64,000 bases of DNA from Vulcanimicrobiota bacterium (GTDB taxonomy: Bacteria; Vulcanimicrobiota; Vulcanimicrobiia; Vulcanimicrobiales; Vulcanimicrobiaceae): contig CAVZQC010000001.1 of the NCBI GenBank assembly GCA_963777315.1, positions 352,001 through 416,000 of the forward strand. Reading direction: 5' to 3'. The first letter of the stretch is position 1; each line of letters opens with the position of its first letter. The position numbers and the translations under genes are program-made. Shown in pieces: positions 30,954 to 40,025 of the stretch. Below the pieces are notes generated by a model, which saw only the letters and a list, made by a program, of their open reading frames with translations, did no database searches and was not told the origin of the DNA.

Positions 30954-32413
30954 GAGCGCAGCATTGCGATCGCTTTGCCGATGCGCTTGATTCCCTCGGG
31001 AATCTCTTTGCGCGTGGCCGACGTAAGCGCCAAACGAAAGTGATGATCGCCGCCGGAGCTGGCGAAGAACGGCTCGCCGAATAAAAACGAGGCGCCCAAA
31101 CGCTCGGACTGATCCAGCAGCGGCCGCGAACGAATCTCGCGAGGCGTCGTCACCCACAAATAGAATCCGCCCCCGGCCTTGCTCGTGCGCATGCTCGCGG
31201 GCCAGTATTCGGCAATCGCCGCGTCGGCCATTTCCCGCCGCGTGCGAAGTTCGTCGCGCAGTTGGGCGACGTGCGGGTCGTAACCCGTAGCCAAGTAATC
31301 CGCGATGGCGGCCTGCACGTACAGGCTCGTCGCCATGTCCAGAGCTTGTTTACGCAGCAGCAGGCGATCGGAAATGGTGCGGGGAGCCGCGAGCCATCCC
31401 ACGCGCAGCGACGGCGCGATCGTCTTGCTGAACGTACTCAAATACACCACGTAATCCGGCGCGAGCCCGACGAGGGGAGGATGACCGTGCTGCGCGAGCT
31501 CTCCGTACGGATCGTCTTCGACGATCGGTATGCCGGCGCGGCGCGCGAGCGTGACCAACCGCTCGCGGCGATCGGCGTTCATCGTGACGTTGGTGGGATT
31601 GTGCAGCGAAGGCATCGTGTAGATGAAGCGGGGGCGCCGCGTTCGCAGAATCGCCTCGACGTGGTCGACCCGAAGACCGTCCTCGTCCACGGGAACGGCG
31701 ATCGCGCGCAGGCCGCAGATCTGGAAAATCTGCAGCGCGCCGGGATAACTGGGCGTTTCGACGATGATTTCGTCGCCGGGCTCGGCCAGCGATTGCGCGA
31801 CGACCATGATGCCCTGAGTGGATCCGGTCAAAACGACGACGTCTTTTGCCTGCGTGCGCGCGCCGCGCAGGGCCATGCGCTGCGCTATCGCTTCGCGCAG
31901 CGGTTCGTATCCTTCCGAGTCGCCGTAAGAGAGGATGAAGCGCGGATCGCGCGCGACCCGCGCAAAGGACTTCGCCAGTTCTCCCAGAGGCGAGGGTTCG
32001 TCCGGCGCCACGCCTTGCACGAAACTGATGCGCCCGGGTTCCTGTTTTGCCGCCAGTTCGCCCAGGATCGTCGGGAATTCACCCACTCGCCAGGGCGGCA
32101 ACGTCACCCACCATGGAACGGCGGCGGAACGCTCGGGCTGACCGGATCGCAGCTGCGGCACCACACGGGAACCGGATCCGACCTTCTGCTCGATCAAGCC
32201 GTCCGCGACCAGCTCGCGGTATGCGTGCACGACGGTGCTGCGGTTGATGCCCAGGCGGTCGGCAAGGGTTCGTTCGGGCGGCAAACGGGTGGATTCGGGC
32301 AGCGTTCCGGCCAAGATCGACTCCCGCAGCGACTCGTAAATTTGGCGATACAGTGGAACGATGCTGTCCCGCTCCAAGTGGGGAAGCGCCCCCGGCCATC
32401 CAATTTTCGACAT
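30950..32413 (-). CDS. MocR/GntR-family PLP-dependent transcriptional regulator
   Basis: PLYRQI, RLPPERTLA, NRSTVVHAY (wHTH) plus aminotransferase domain HNPT, EDDPY, FSKTIAPSLRVGW. Confidence 0.93.
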   Translation of the reverse strand: MSKIGWPGALPHLERDSIVPLYRQIYESLRESILAGTLPESTRLPPERTLADRLGINRSTVVHAYRELVADGLIEQKVGSGSRVVPQLRSGQPERSAAVPWWVTLPPWRVGEFPTILGELAAKQEPGRISFVQGVAPDEPSPLGELAKSFARVARDPRFILSYGDSEGYEPLREAIAQRMALRGARTQAKDVVVLTGSTQGIMVVAQSLAEPGDEIIVETPSYPGALQIFQICGLRAIAVPVDEDGLRVDHVEAILRTRRPRFIYTMPSLHNPTNVTMNADRRERLVTLARRAGIPIVEDDPYGELAQHGHPPLVGLAPDYVVYLSTFSKTIAPSLRVGWLAAPRTISDRLLLRKQALDMATSLYVQAAIADYLATGYDPHVAQLRDELRTRREMADAAIAEYWPASMRTSKAGGGFYLWVTTPREIRSRPLLDQSERLGASFLFGEPFFASSGGDHHFRLALTSATRKEIPEGIKRIGKAIAMLRS

Positions 32414-32441
32414 TACGGTCCATTTTCGCGCATTGGATGGC
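32395..32441. promoter_or_regulatory. Candidate MocR operator: 10-bp inverted repeat
   Basis: gccatccaat 32395-32404 and attggatggc 32432-32441, with a partial copy (tccatttt) between them. Confidence 0.55.
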
Positions 32442-32532
32442 ACAGGCCCTACTTTGGCGCGCTGGGCGGTTGGATCGTCTTGTTAGAATGAGACGGCTAC
32501 GGCGCAACGCCGAAGTTTGGTAAGGAGTACAT

Positions 32533-33984
32533 GTGGCAGAACAGCAAGCCGACGCAGTAGTCATAGGCGCAGGCCCGGGCGGATATCACGCGGCGATCCG
32601 CTTGGGACAGCTCGGCAAAAAGGTCATCTGCATCGACCGCGACGAGGTGGGCGGCGTGTGCTTGAACTGGGGGTGCATTCCGACCAAAGCGCTGCTGCAC
32701 GTCGGCGAAGTGATCCGCCACATCGACCATGCGGACGCGATTGGCCTCAAAGTTCCCCAAGCTCAAGTCGATCGCGAGGGCGTCGCTCGCTTCAAGACCG
32801 ACGTCGTCAATGCCAACGTCGGCGGCGTCAAAACGCTCTTCAAAGCCAATAACGTGCAGTTCATGTACGGCCAAGCCGCGTTCAAAAGCCCCACGGAGAT
32901 CGCCGTTACGGCAAAAGACGGCGGCACGCAAACGATCGCCACGCGCGACGTCGTCATCGCGACCGGTTCGGCACCGATCGACGTTAAGGCATGGCCGCGC
33001 GACGGTGAATACATCATCAACTCCGACGACGCCGTGCAACTGCGGCGCCTGCCCAAGAATCTGCTGATCGTCGGCGGCGGCGTCATCGGTCTGGAATTCG
33101 CAACGGTCTATGCGCGCATGGGCAGCAAAGTTTTGGTGATCGAAGCATTGCCGCAGATTTTGACCGGCACCGATCTGGAGATATCCAAAACCCTGGGCCG
33201 TATTTTGAAAAAGCAGGGTGTGGAGATCATGCTGGGCACCAAAGTCGGCGAGATCCGAAAAGAGGGCGAAACGATCAAAGCCGTTTTCAACGGTCAAGGA
33301 ACCGGCGGAAAAGACGAGACGCGCGAATTCGACTGCGTGCTGGTTGCCGTCGGACGGCGGCCGGTGACCGACGGCTTGAACCTGCAGGCGGCCGGCCTTG
33401 CCGTCAACGACCGCGGCTTCATCGACGTGGACGCGCAGCGCCGCACGAAAGTTTCCAACGTCTTTGCAATCGGCGACGTAACGGGCGCGCCGTTGCTCGC
33501 GCACAAGGGCATGAAGGAAGGCGTGATCGCCGCCGAGGTCATCGCCGGCGACAAATCCGCCGCGTTCGATCCGATCGCCGTGCCCAACTGCGTGTACACC
33601 GACCCCGAAGTTGCGACCATCGGCCTTTCCGAGGAAGAAGCCAAAGAACGCGGGCACGAAGTGCGCATCGGGAAATTCCCGCTGGCGGCCAGCGGCCGCG
33701 CCCGCACCATGAACGAAAGCGACGGCTTGATCAAACTCGTCGGCGATGCCAAAACCGACATGCTGCTGGGAATGCACATCGTTGCACCGCAGGCCGAATC
33801 GCTCATCGGCGAAGGCGTGATCGCGCTCGAAATGGGCGCCACGCTCGAAGACGTCGGACTGTCGATCCATCCGCACCCGACGCTCACCGAAGGCATCATG
33901 GACGCCGCCGAGGCTGCCCACGGCAAAGCGATCCATATCGTGAATCCAAAGCCGAAGACTCCCGCCGCCGTCGGAGCGGGATAA
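32533..33984 (+). CDS. lpdA: Dihydrolipoyl dehydrogenase
   Basis: GAGPGG, GGVCLNWGCIPTK, GGGVIGLE, HPHPTLTE; AAGGAG RBS. Confidence 0.97.
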   Translation: MAEQQADAVVIGAGPGGYHAAIRLGQLGKKVICIDRDEVGGVCLNWGCIPTKALLHVGEVIRHIDHADAIGLKVPQAQVDREGVARFKTDVVNANVGGVKTLFKANNVQFMYGQAAFKSPTEIAVTAKDGGTQTIATRDVVIATGSAPIDVKAWPRDGEYIINSDDAVQLRRLPKNLLIVGGGVIGLEFATVYARMGSKVLVIEALPQILTGTDLEISKTLGRILKKQGVEIMLGTKVGEIRKEGETIKAVFNGQGTGGKDETREFDCVLVAVGRRPVTDGLNLQAAGLAVNDRGFIDVDAQRRTKVSNVFAIGDVTGAPLLAHKGMKEGVIAAEVIAGDKSAAFDPIAVPNCVYTDPEVATIGLSEEEAKERGHEVRIGKFPLAASGRARTMNESDGLIKLVGDAKTDMLLGMHIVAPQAESLIGEGVIALEMGATLEDVGLSIHPHPTLTEGIMDAAEAAHGKAIHIVNPKPKTPAAVGAG

Positions 33985-33991
33985 TATTTTC

Positions 33992-34654
33992 GTGACGCAA
34001 GCGCATCTGCTCGATTTGGGCCTGCAGCCGTACCGGCGGGTATGGGACCTTCAGCGCGATCTGCACGAGCGGGTGCGCGCGGGCCGCGATCCTCAGACGT
34101 GGATCTTCGTCGAACATCCGCCGGTCATCACGCTTGGACGCAACGCGAAGGAATCCAACGTGCTGCTCTCGGCCCAAGCGCTGGCTGCGCGCGGCGTCGA
34201 GGTGGTGCGCGTCGAACGCGGCGGCGACGTCACGTATCACGGCCCCGGGCAGCTCGTCGTGTATCCGATTCGCCGTTTGGAGCGCTTTCGCGAAGTCGTT
34301 CCGCTCGTGCGCGCTCTGGAAGGCGCGGTCATCGATGCGTGCGCGCACTTCGGCGTGCGGGCGCAGCGCTGGAGCGAACATGCCGGAGTATGGGTGGGGC
34401 GCAACCAGATTTGCGCCGTCGGACTCGCCGTCCGGCAAATGACCTCCCTGCATGGAATAGCGCTCAACGCCAACCCCGAACTGGATTACGACGCGCTCAT
34501 CAACCCCTGCGGGCTGCGCGATCGCGGCGTCACGAGTCTGTCCCGCGAGACCGGACGAACGCTGACGATCGCCGATCTCAAGCCGATTTTGGCGGCGGCG
34601 CTCGAGCGCGAGTTCGCTATTCGTTTCACATCGAGCATGGCGAAGTCGGCATAA
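33992..34654 (+). CDS. lipB: Octanoyltransferase
   Basis: EHPPVITLG, RGGDVTYHGPGQLV, HGIALN, INPCG. Confidence 0.95.
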   Translation: MTQAHLLDLGLQPYRRVWDLQRDLHERVRAGRDPQTWIFVEHPPVITLGRNAKESNVLLSAQALAARGVEVVRVERGGDVTYHGPGQLVVYPIRRLERFREVVPLVRALEGAVIDACAHFGVRAQRWSEHAGVWVGRNQICAVGLAVRQMTSLHGIALNANPELDYDALINPCGLRDRGVTSLSRETGRTLTIADLKPILAAALEREFAIRFTSSMAKSA

Positions 34655-35523
34655 TGGCCATCGAAATCGACCTGGTCGCAAAACCGGAATGGCTCAAAGT
34701 CCGGCTGCCGGGCGGCGAGGACTACGAGCGCGTCAAATCCAAGGTCAACTCTCTGCGGCTGAACACGGTCTGCAAGGAAGCCATGTGTCCGAATCTGGCC
34801 GAGTGCTGGGGCGCGGGAACCGCAACGATCATGATCCTCGGCGACACCTGCACGCGCGGGTGCCGCTTTTGCAACGTGAAGACCGGCAACCCGCGCGGCG
34901 TGGTCGACTGGATGGAGCCGGTGCGCGTTGCCGAAGCGGTGCGCGATCTCGGCTGGAAGTACTTGGTGGTGACTGCGGTCGACCGCGACGATCTCGCAGA
35001 CGGCGGCGCGTTGATCTTCGCCAACACCGTTCGTGCGATTCGCGAGCGCGTTCCCGATTCGCGCGTCGAGATACTCAGCGGAGACTATCGCGGCGACCGC
35101 ATCGCACTCGACGTCGTGCTCGATGCCCAGCCGGACGTTTTCGCGCACAACCTGGAAACCGTGCGGCGCCTCTCACCGCGCGTGCGCGACAAACGAGCCG
35201 ACTACGATCGTTCCCTGCAGGTGCTGGAACATGCCAAAAAACGCGCACCACAGCGGTTCACCAAAACTTCGCTGATGCTGGGCTTGGGCGAGCGCGACGA
35301 CGAAGTGGAGCAGGCGATGGACGATGCGCGTTCGGCGGGCGTGGACATTTTTACGATGGGCCAATACCTTCGGCCGAGTAAAAAGCATCTCGCGGTAGAG
35401 GCCTTCATTGCGCCGGAGAAATTTGCCGAGTTAGGACGCCTGGCAAAAGCCAAAGGGTTTCATCAGGTCGTCTCGAGCCCGCTCTCGCGCAGCTCGTACC
35501 ACGCGGAACAGGCTTTTCGCTAG
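34654..35523 (+). CDS. lipA: Lipoyl synthase
   Basis: KPEWLK, CKEAMCPNLAEC, CTRGCRFC, HNLET, GQYLRPS, RSSYHA. Confidence 0.97.
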   Translation: MAIEIDLVAKPEWLKVRLPGGEDYERVKSKVNSLRLNTVCKEAMCPNLAECWGAGTATIMILGDTCTRGCRFCNVKTGNPRGVVDWMEPVRVAEAVRDLGWKYLVVTAVDRDDLADGGALIFANTVRAIRERVPDSRVEILSGDYRGDRIALDVVLDAQPDVFAHNLETVRRLSPRVRDKRADYDRSLQVLEHAKKRAPQRFTKTSLMLGLGERDDEVEQAMDDARSAGVDIFTMGQYLRPSKKHLAVEAFIAPEKFAELGRLAKAKGFHQVVSSPLSRSSYHAEQAFR

Positions 35524-35568
35524 CCGGCCTCCTAGGCGCGACCGCCGGACACTCAGAAGAGGGGCCTC

Positions 35569-38500
35569 GTGACGGCCTTTTTTCTGCGGCGCCCGATTTT
35601 CGCGGCGGTCTGTTCGTTAATCATCACGATTGCGGGCGCAATCGTGATACCCACGCTGCCCATTGCGCAGTATCCGCAGATCGCGCCGCCCGTCGTGACG
35701 GTCACCGCGTCGTATACGGGCGCGAACGCGCAAGCGGTGGAGTCCGCGGTAACCACTCCGCTGGAGCAGGCCATCAACGGAGTCGAAGGTCTGCGGTACA
35801 TCACTTCGACCAGCGCCAACAACGGCGTAAGCACGATCACGTGCACATTCGCGCTGGGGCGCAACCTCGACATAGCCGCGACCGACGTTCAAAACGCCGT
35901 GCAGTCGGCCATGGGGCAGCTGCCCAACGAGGTCAAGCAAACCGGCGTCACGGTTTCCAAGAATTCCGGCTCGTTCGTGATGGCGTTCGCCCTGCGCTCG
36001 AACAGCTCGCAGTACAATCAGCTCTTCTTGAGCAACTACGCCGAGCTCAACGTCGTCAACGCGCTAAAACGCGTGACCGGAGTGAGCGACGTGCGCATCT
36101 TCGGCCAGCGCCGGTACGCGATGCGCGTGTGGCTCGATCCGCACAAACTTGAGGCGCGCGGCCTGGCGATCACCGACGTGCTAAACGCGCTACAGGAGCA
36201 GAACGTCGAAGTAGCCGCCGGCAGCATCGGCGCCGCACCGGAACCTCCCAATCAGCCGTTCACGATCAGCGTGCGCGCGGAAGGACGCCTGAGCACGCCG
36301 CAGGAGTTTCGCAACGTCATAGTGCGCGCCGAAAGCGGCGGCGGCTTCACGCGGTTGGGCGACGTTGCGCGCGTCGAACTCGGCGCCGAGGACTATTCCA
36401 GCGCGATCGCGTTCGACGGCAACAAAAACGTCGTGGGCTTGGGCGTCGTCCAACTGCCGACGGCAAATGCGCTGCAGGTGGCCGACGGCGTCAAAAAGCA
36501 GCTTGCGGTGCTCTCGCGCAGTTTTCCGCGAGGCGTAACCTACGCATCGGCATTCGATACGACCAGCTTCGTGCGCGAGTCGATCCGCGAAGTCTTCTTG
36601 ACGCTGCTGTTGTCGATCGCGCTTGTCGTACTGGTCATTTTCCTGTTCCTGCAAAGCCCTCGCTCTACGCTCATACCGGCGGTGACGCTGCCGATTTCCT
36701 TGATCGGCACGTTCGCCGTCATGAAGGTGTTCGGCTTTACCATCAACACGATCACGCTGTTCGGGCTGACCCTGGCCGCCGGTTTGGTCGTCGACGACGC
36801 GATCGTCGTCATCGAGAACATCGCAAGGTTCATCCAAGAGAAAAACATGGGCGGAGTGGAAGGCGCCGCAGCAGCCATGCGCGAGATTCAGAGCGCCGTG
36901 GTCGCGTCCTCGCTGGTTTTGCTGGCGGTCTTCATACCGGTTGCGTTTTTCCCGGGGACGACCGGCCAGCTGTACAAGCAGTTCGCGCTGACGATAGCCG
37001 CTGCAATCGCAATCTCACTGTTTGCATCGCTCACCTTGACGCCCGTGATGTCCTCGCTCATGCTCACCGGGCCGACCGAGTCGCACAATCCGTTCTTCAC
37101 GTGGTTCAACCGCGGATTGAACGGGTTTCGCGGCTGGTATCGCACGGTTCTTCCACGGCTTTTCCGAGTTCGCTGGATCGTCGCAGGGATATTCTTGGCG
37201 GCGCTGGCCGCGACGGTCATCCTATTCAGAAGCACGCCCACGGGTTTCATCCCCAACGAAGATCAGGGCTTCTTCATCGTCACCGTTCAAGCGCCCGAAG
37301 GGACTTCGCTCTCGCACGAGATCGACGTCGCCCGGCGGGCCGAAGCGATACTGCGCGCGCAGCCCGAAGTCGACCACATCTTCGACGTTTCGGGCTTCAG
37401 CTTCAGCGGCAGCGGACCCAATCTGGGGCTGTTGTTCGTGAACATGAAACCTTGGTCGCAGCGGCCCGGCGCGGCTCATTCGCTCGACGCGGTGCTGCAG
37501 CGCGTGCAGATGCGCTTCTTCGGCATACCCGACGCGCAGGTGTTCGCGTTCAACCCTCCGGCAATCCAAGGCGTCGGCAGTTTCGGCGGGTTTCAATTCG
37601 AACTGGAAGATCGCGGAAACGTCGGGCTGCCTGCGATGATGAAAACCGCCTACGGATATATGGCGCTGGGCAACAAAGATCCCAATCTGAGCAAGGTCTT
37701 CACGTCGTTTCGCATCGACGCCCCGCAGCTTCAGGTCCACATCGACCGCAGCAAGGCAAAGTCCATGGGCGTGTCGTTGACCGACGTGTTCAACACGATG
37801 CAGACCGACCTGGGTTCCTTTTACGTCAATGACTTCAACTATCTCAACCGCTCGTACCGCGTGTACGTGCAGGCTGAAGATCCGTACCGAAGCACGCTGG
37901 AGTCGCTGCAGTACCTGTACGTCCGCTCTCAAGCCGGGGGCATGGTGCCTTTGAGTGGCCTCGGCGTGCAGACGATGACGAAATCCGCACCGATCATCAC
38001 GCATTACAATCTGTTTCGCTCGATCGAGATAAACGGCAGCGCGGCGCCCGGCAAGGGTTCGGGCCAAGCGATTACGGCCATGCAGTCGCTGGCCAAGCGC
38101 ATCGACCCGCCGGGCGTGAGCTACGAATGGTCGGGCCTGTCGCTGGACGAGATCGAAGGCGGCTTTCTATCGATCTTGATTTTCGGCATCGGCGTGGTCT
38201 TCGTTTTCCTCGTGCTTGCCGCACAGTACGAGAGTTTCGTCGATCCGTTCATCGTTCTGCTCGCCGTGCCGGTAGCGATTCTCGGGGCGCTGGTCTTTCT
38301 CAACGTGCGCCAGTTACCCAGCGACGCCTACGCCCAAGTGGGCTTCGTAATGCTCATCGGCCTGGCGAGCAAGAGCGCGATCCTGATCGTCGAATTCGCC
38401 AATCAACAGCTCGCGCGGGGTGCGGACGTCATTACCGCGGCCGCGCGTGCGGCGCAAACGAGATTGCGTCCGATTCTCATGACCTCGATTGCGTTCATCG

Positions 38501-38733
38501 TTGCGGTCACTCCGCTGGTTTTTGCCGGGGGTGCCGGCAGTGCGTCGCGGCATTCGCTCGGTACGGTGGTTTTCGGCGGGATGATCGTTTCGACGATCTT
38601 GAATCTGGCCATCACGCCCGTGCTGTACGTCATCATAAAGGGCTGGTCGCTGCGCCGGCGCAAGCCTCAGCGGGGCGCACGGGTACGCGTACTCGACGTA
38701 CCCGAACCGGATACTGCTGCGCCCGTACCCTAG
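35569..38733 (+). CDS. RND efflux transporter permease (HAE1/AcrB-like)
   Basis: FFLRRPIFA, LPIAQYPQIAPP, VDDAIVVIEN, GLASKSAILIVEFA, RLRPILMT. Confidence 0.96.
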   Translation: MTAFFLRRPIFAAVCSLIITIAGAIVIPTLPIAQYPQIAPPVVTVTASYTGANAQAVESAVTTPLEQAINGVEGLRYITSTSANNGVSTITCTFALGRNLDIAATDVQNAVQSAMGQLPNEVKQTGVTVSKNSGSFVMAFALRSNSSQYNQLFLSNYAELNVVNALKRVTGVSDVRIFGQRRYAMRVWLDPHKLEARGLAITDVLNALQEQNVEVAAGSIGAAPEPPNQPFTISVRAEGRLSTPQEFRNVIVRAESGGGFTRLGDVARVELGAEDYSSAIAFDGNKNVVGLGVVQLPTANALQVADGVKKQLAVLSRSFPRGVTYASAFDTTSFVRESIREVFLTLLLSIALVVLVIFLFLQSPRSTLIPAVTLPISLIGTFAVMKVFGFTINTITLFGLTLAAGLVVDDAIVVIENIARFIQEKNMGGVEGAAAAMREIQSAVVASSLVLLAVFIPVAFFPGTTGQLYKQFALTIAAAIAISLFASLTLTPVMSSLMLTGPTESHNPFFTWFNRGLNGFRGWYRTVLPRLFRVRWIVAGIFLAALAATVILFRSTPTGFIPNEDQGFFIVTVQAPEGTSLSHEIDVARRAEAILRAQPEVDHIFDVSGFSFSGSGPNLGLLFVNMKPWSQRPGAAHSLDAVLQRVQMRFFGIPDAQVFAFNPPAIQGVGSFGGFQFELEDRGNVGLPAMMKTAYGYMALGNKDPNLSKVFTSFRIDAPQLQVHIDRSKAKSMGVSLTDVFNTMQTDLGSFYVNDFNYLNRSYRVYVQAEDPYRSTLESLQYLYVRSQAGGMVPLSGLGVQTMTKSAPIITHYNLFRSIEINGSAAPGKGSGQAITAMQSLAKRIDPPGVSYEWSGLSLDEIEGGFLSILIFGIGVVFVFLVLAAQYESFVDPFIVLLAVPVAILGALVFLNVRQLPSDAYAQVGFVMLIGLASKSAILIVEFANQQLARGADVITAAARAAQTRLRPILMTSIAFIVAVTPLVFAGGAGSASRHSLGTVVFGGMIVSTILNLAITPVLYVIIKGWSLRRRKPQRGARVRVLDVPEPDTAAPVP

Positions 38734-38790
38734 CCGTCCCTATATCGCATGCTAGCGGGTGTCGTGCATACTCTGCGGAACGTTGCGGCC

Positions 38791-40014
38791 ATGGTTCGTT
38801 TTTTTCTGCGTGTTTGCGCGCTCGCGGCGGTTACGGCGGGCCTAACGGCATCGCCCGCGACAGCGGATACGACCGGCCCGTTCGCCGCAGCGGTGCAAGG
38901 CGCCAACGTCGCCATAAAGAACGCGATGAGCGTTCCCGCCAAACCGACGGCCGCGCCGATTCACGCGGTTCGCCTGCCCAACGGTGTGCTCGCGCAGGTT
39001 CCTCCGGTAACGCAGCAGCCCATTGGAGGCGCCGGCGAAACGGGTTTGCCGACGGGCTGGACGTACACGCTGGATGTTTCGGTTGCGCACGCCTTAGGCA
39101 ACACGGGCGGCTTTGGAAAATGGCTCCCCGGCGGAATCGACGGCGTAATCGGATACGGCTTTAATCCGAGCACGCGCATCGTTCTGAATTACTACGAGCT
39201 GCAGCACTATCCGGTCGGCTTCGACAGCGGGCAAGTTCCGCTTTATCTGCCCGCCGGTTTTCCGCTGAGTCCAGGCGTGAATCCGAGTTGCGTGGACCTG
39301 AGCGGGACAACGAGCTCGACCTGCCAGGGCATCTCCAAACCGATCGACGTGACCACCAAAGACAAGTTCGCGCTGCTGACGTTCGAGAATCTGTTCACGC
39401 TGGGCAAGTTTGCCGGCCGCAGCTTGCCGGTCGTCATTACGCCGACGTACGTTTCGCGCTGGTCCAACGTGCAGGCGTCGAACGGCAATCACGACGTCGT
39501 TCCGTTCGTCGATTTGAGCGGAGCGCCGCATTTCGACGTCAGCACGCGGACCGTGCAGTTGTATTCGATCGCCCTGACCGTGCCGTTCTTGAAAACGCCA
39601 AAAATGTTCGGGACCTTCACCGCTGCGCCGACGTGGCTGGTGCATACGGCCGGACTCAACCAACAAAACCACGCTCAGATCTACCAGATCCTGTACCTGG
39701 AATACACCCTCTCGCCGCAAGCGAAAATCTTTTTCGAGCCTCAGGTCTCGCGCGACTACCTGCCGGCCGACCCGTATGCCCAGCATCTGGCGGCATATTT
39801 TTTGGGAGCGTCGCAGCAAATCGGTAAAATGGGCTTCGTTCAAGTCGTGCTCAACAGCGGCGGTCCGACGAATTACAGCCCGTACGGCGTCAAGCAGCTC
39901 AACTGCCTGGCGCTGCCGTGCTCGGCGAACACGCTTCCGACCGTGGGCGGCCTCAAAGCTTCGCAAGTGCAAATTCAGTTCGGCTTGGGTTCCCCGAGCG
40001 TCATTCAGTTTTAG
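38791..40014 (+). CDS. Exported hypothetical protein, possible outer-membrane beta-barrel
   Basis: Signal peptide (…SPATA), many alternating aromatic/polar strands, C-terminal Phe; start 38791 or 38749. Confidence 0.6.
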   Translation: MVRFFLRVCALAAVTAGLTASPATADTTGPFAAAVQGANVAIKNAMSVPAKPTAAPIHAVRLPNGVLAQVPPVTQQPIGGAGETGLPTGWTYTLDVSVAHALGNTGGFGKWLPGGIDGVIGYGFNPSTRIVLNYYELQHYPVGFDSGQVPLYLPAGFPLSPGVNPSCVDLSGTTSSTCQGISKPIDVTTKDKFALLTFENLFTLGKFAGRSLPVVITPTYVSRWSNVQASNGNHDVVPFVDLSGAPHFDVSTRTVQLYSIALTVPFLKTPKMFGTFTAAPTWLVHTAGLNQQNHAQIYQILYLEYTLSPQAKIFFEPQVSRDYLPADPYAQHLAAYFLGASQQIGKMGFVQVVLNSGGPTNYSPYGVKQLNCLALPCSANTLPTVGGLKASQVQIQFGLGSPSVIQF

Positions 40015-40025
40015 GGGCGGTGCGT

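Noticed and set aside
30950..32413. Naming the MocR regulator PdxR
   Set aside because: About 23 kb from pdxST and its flanking repeat is not seen upstream of pdxS
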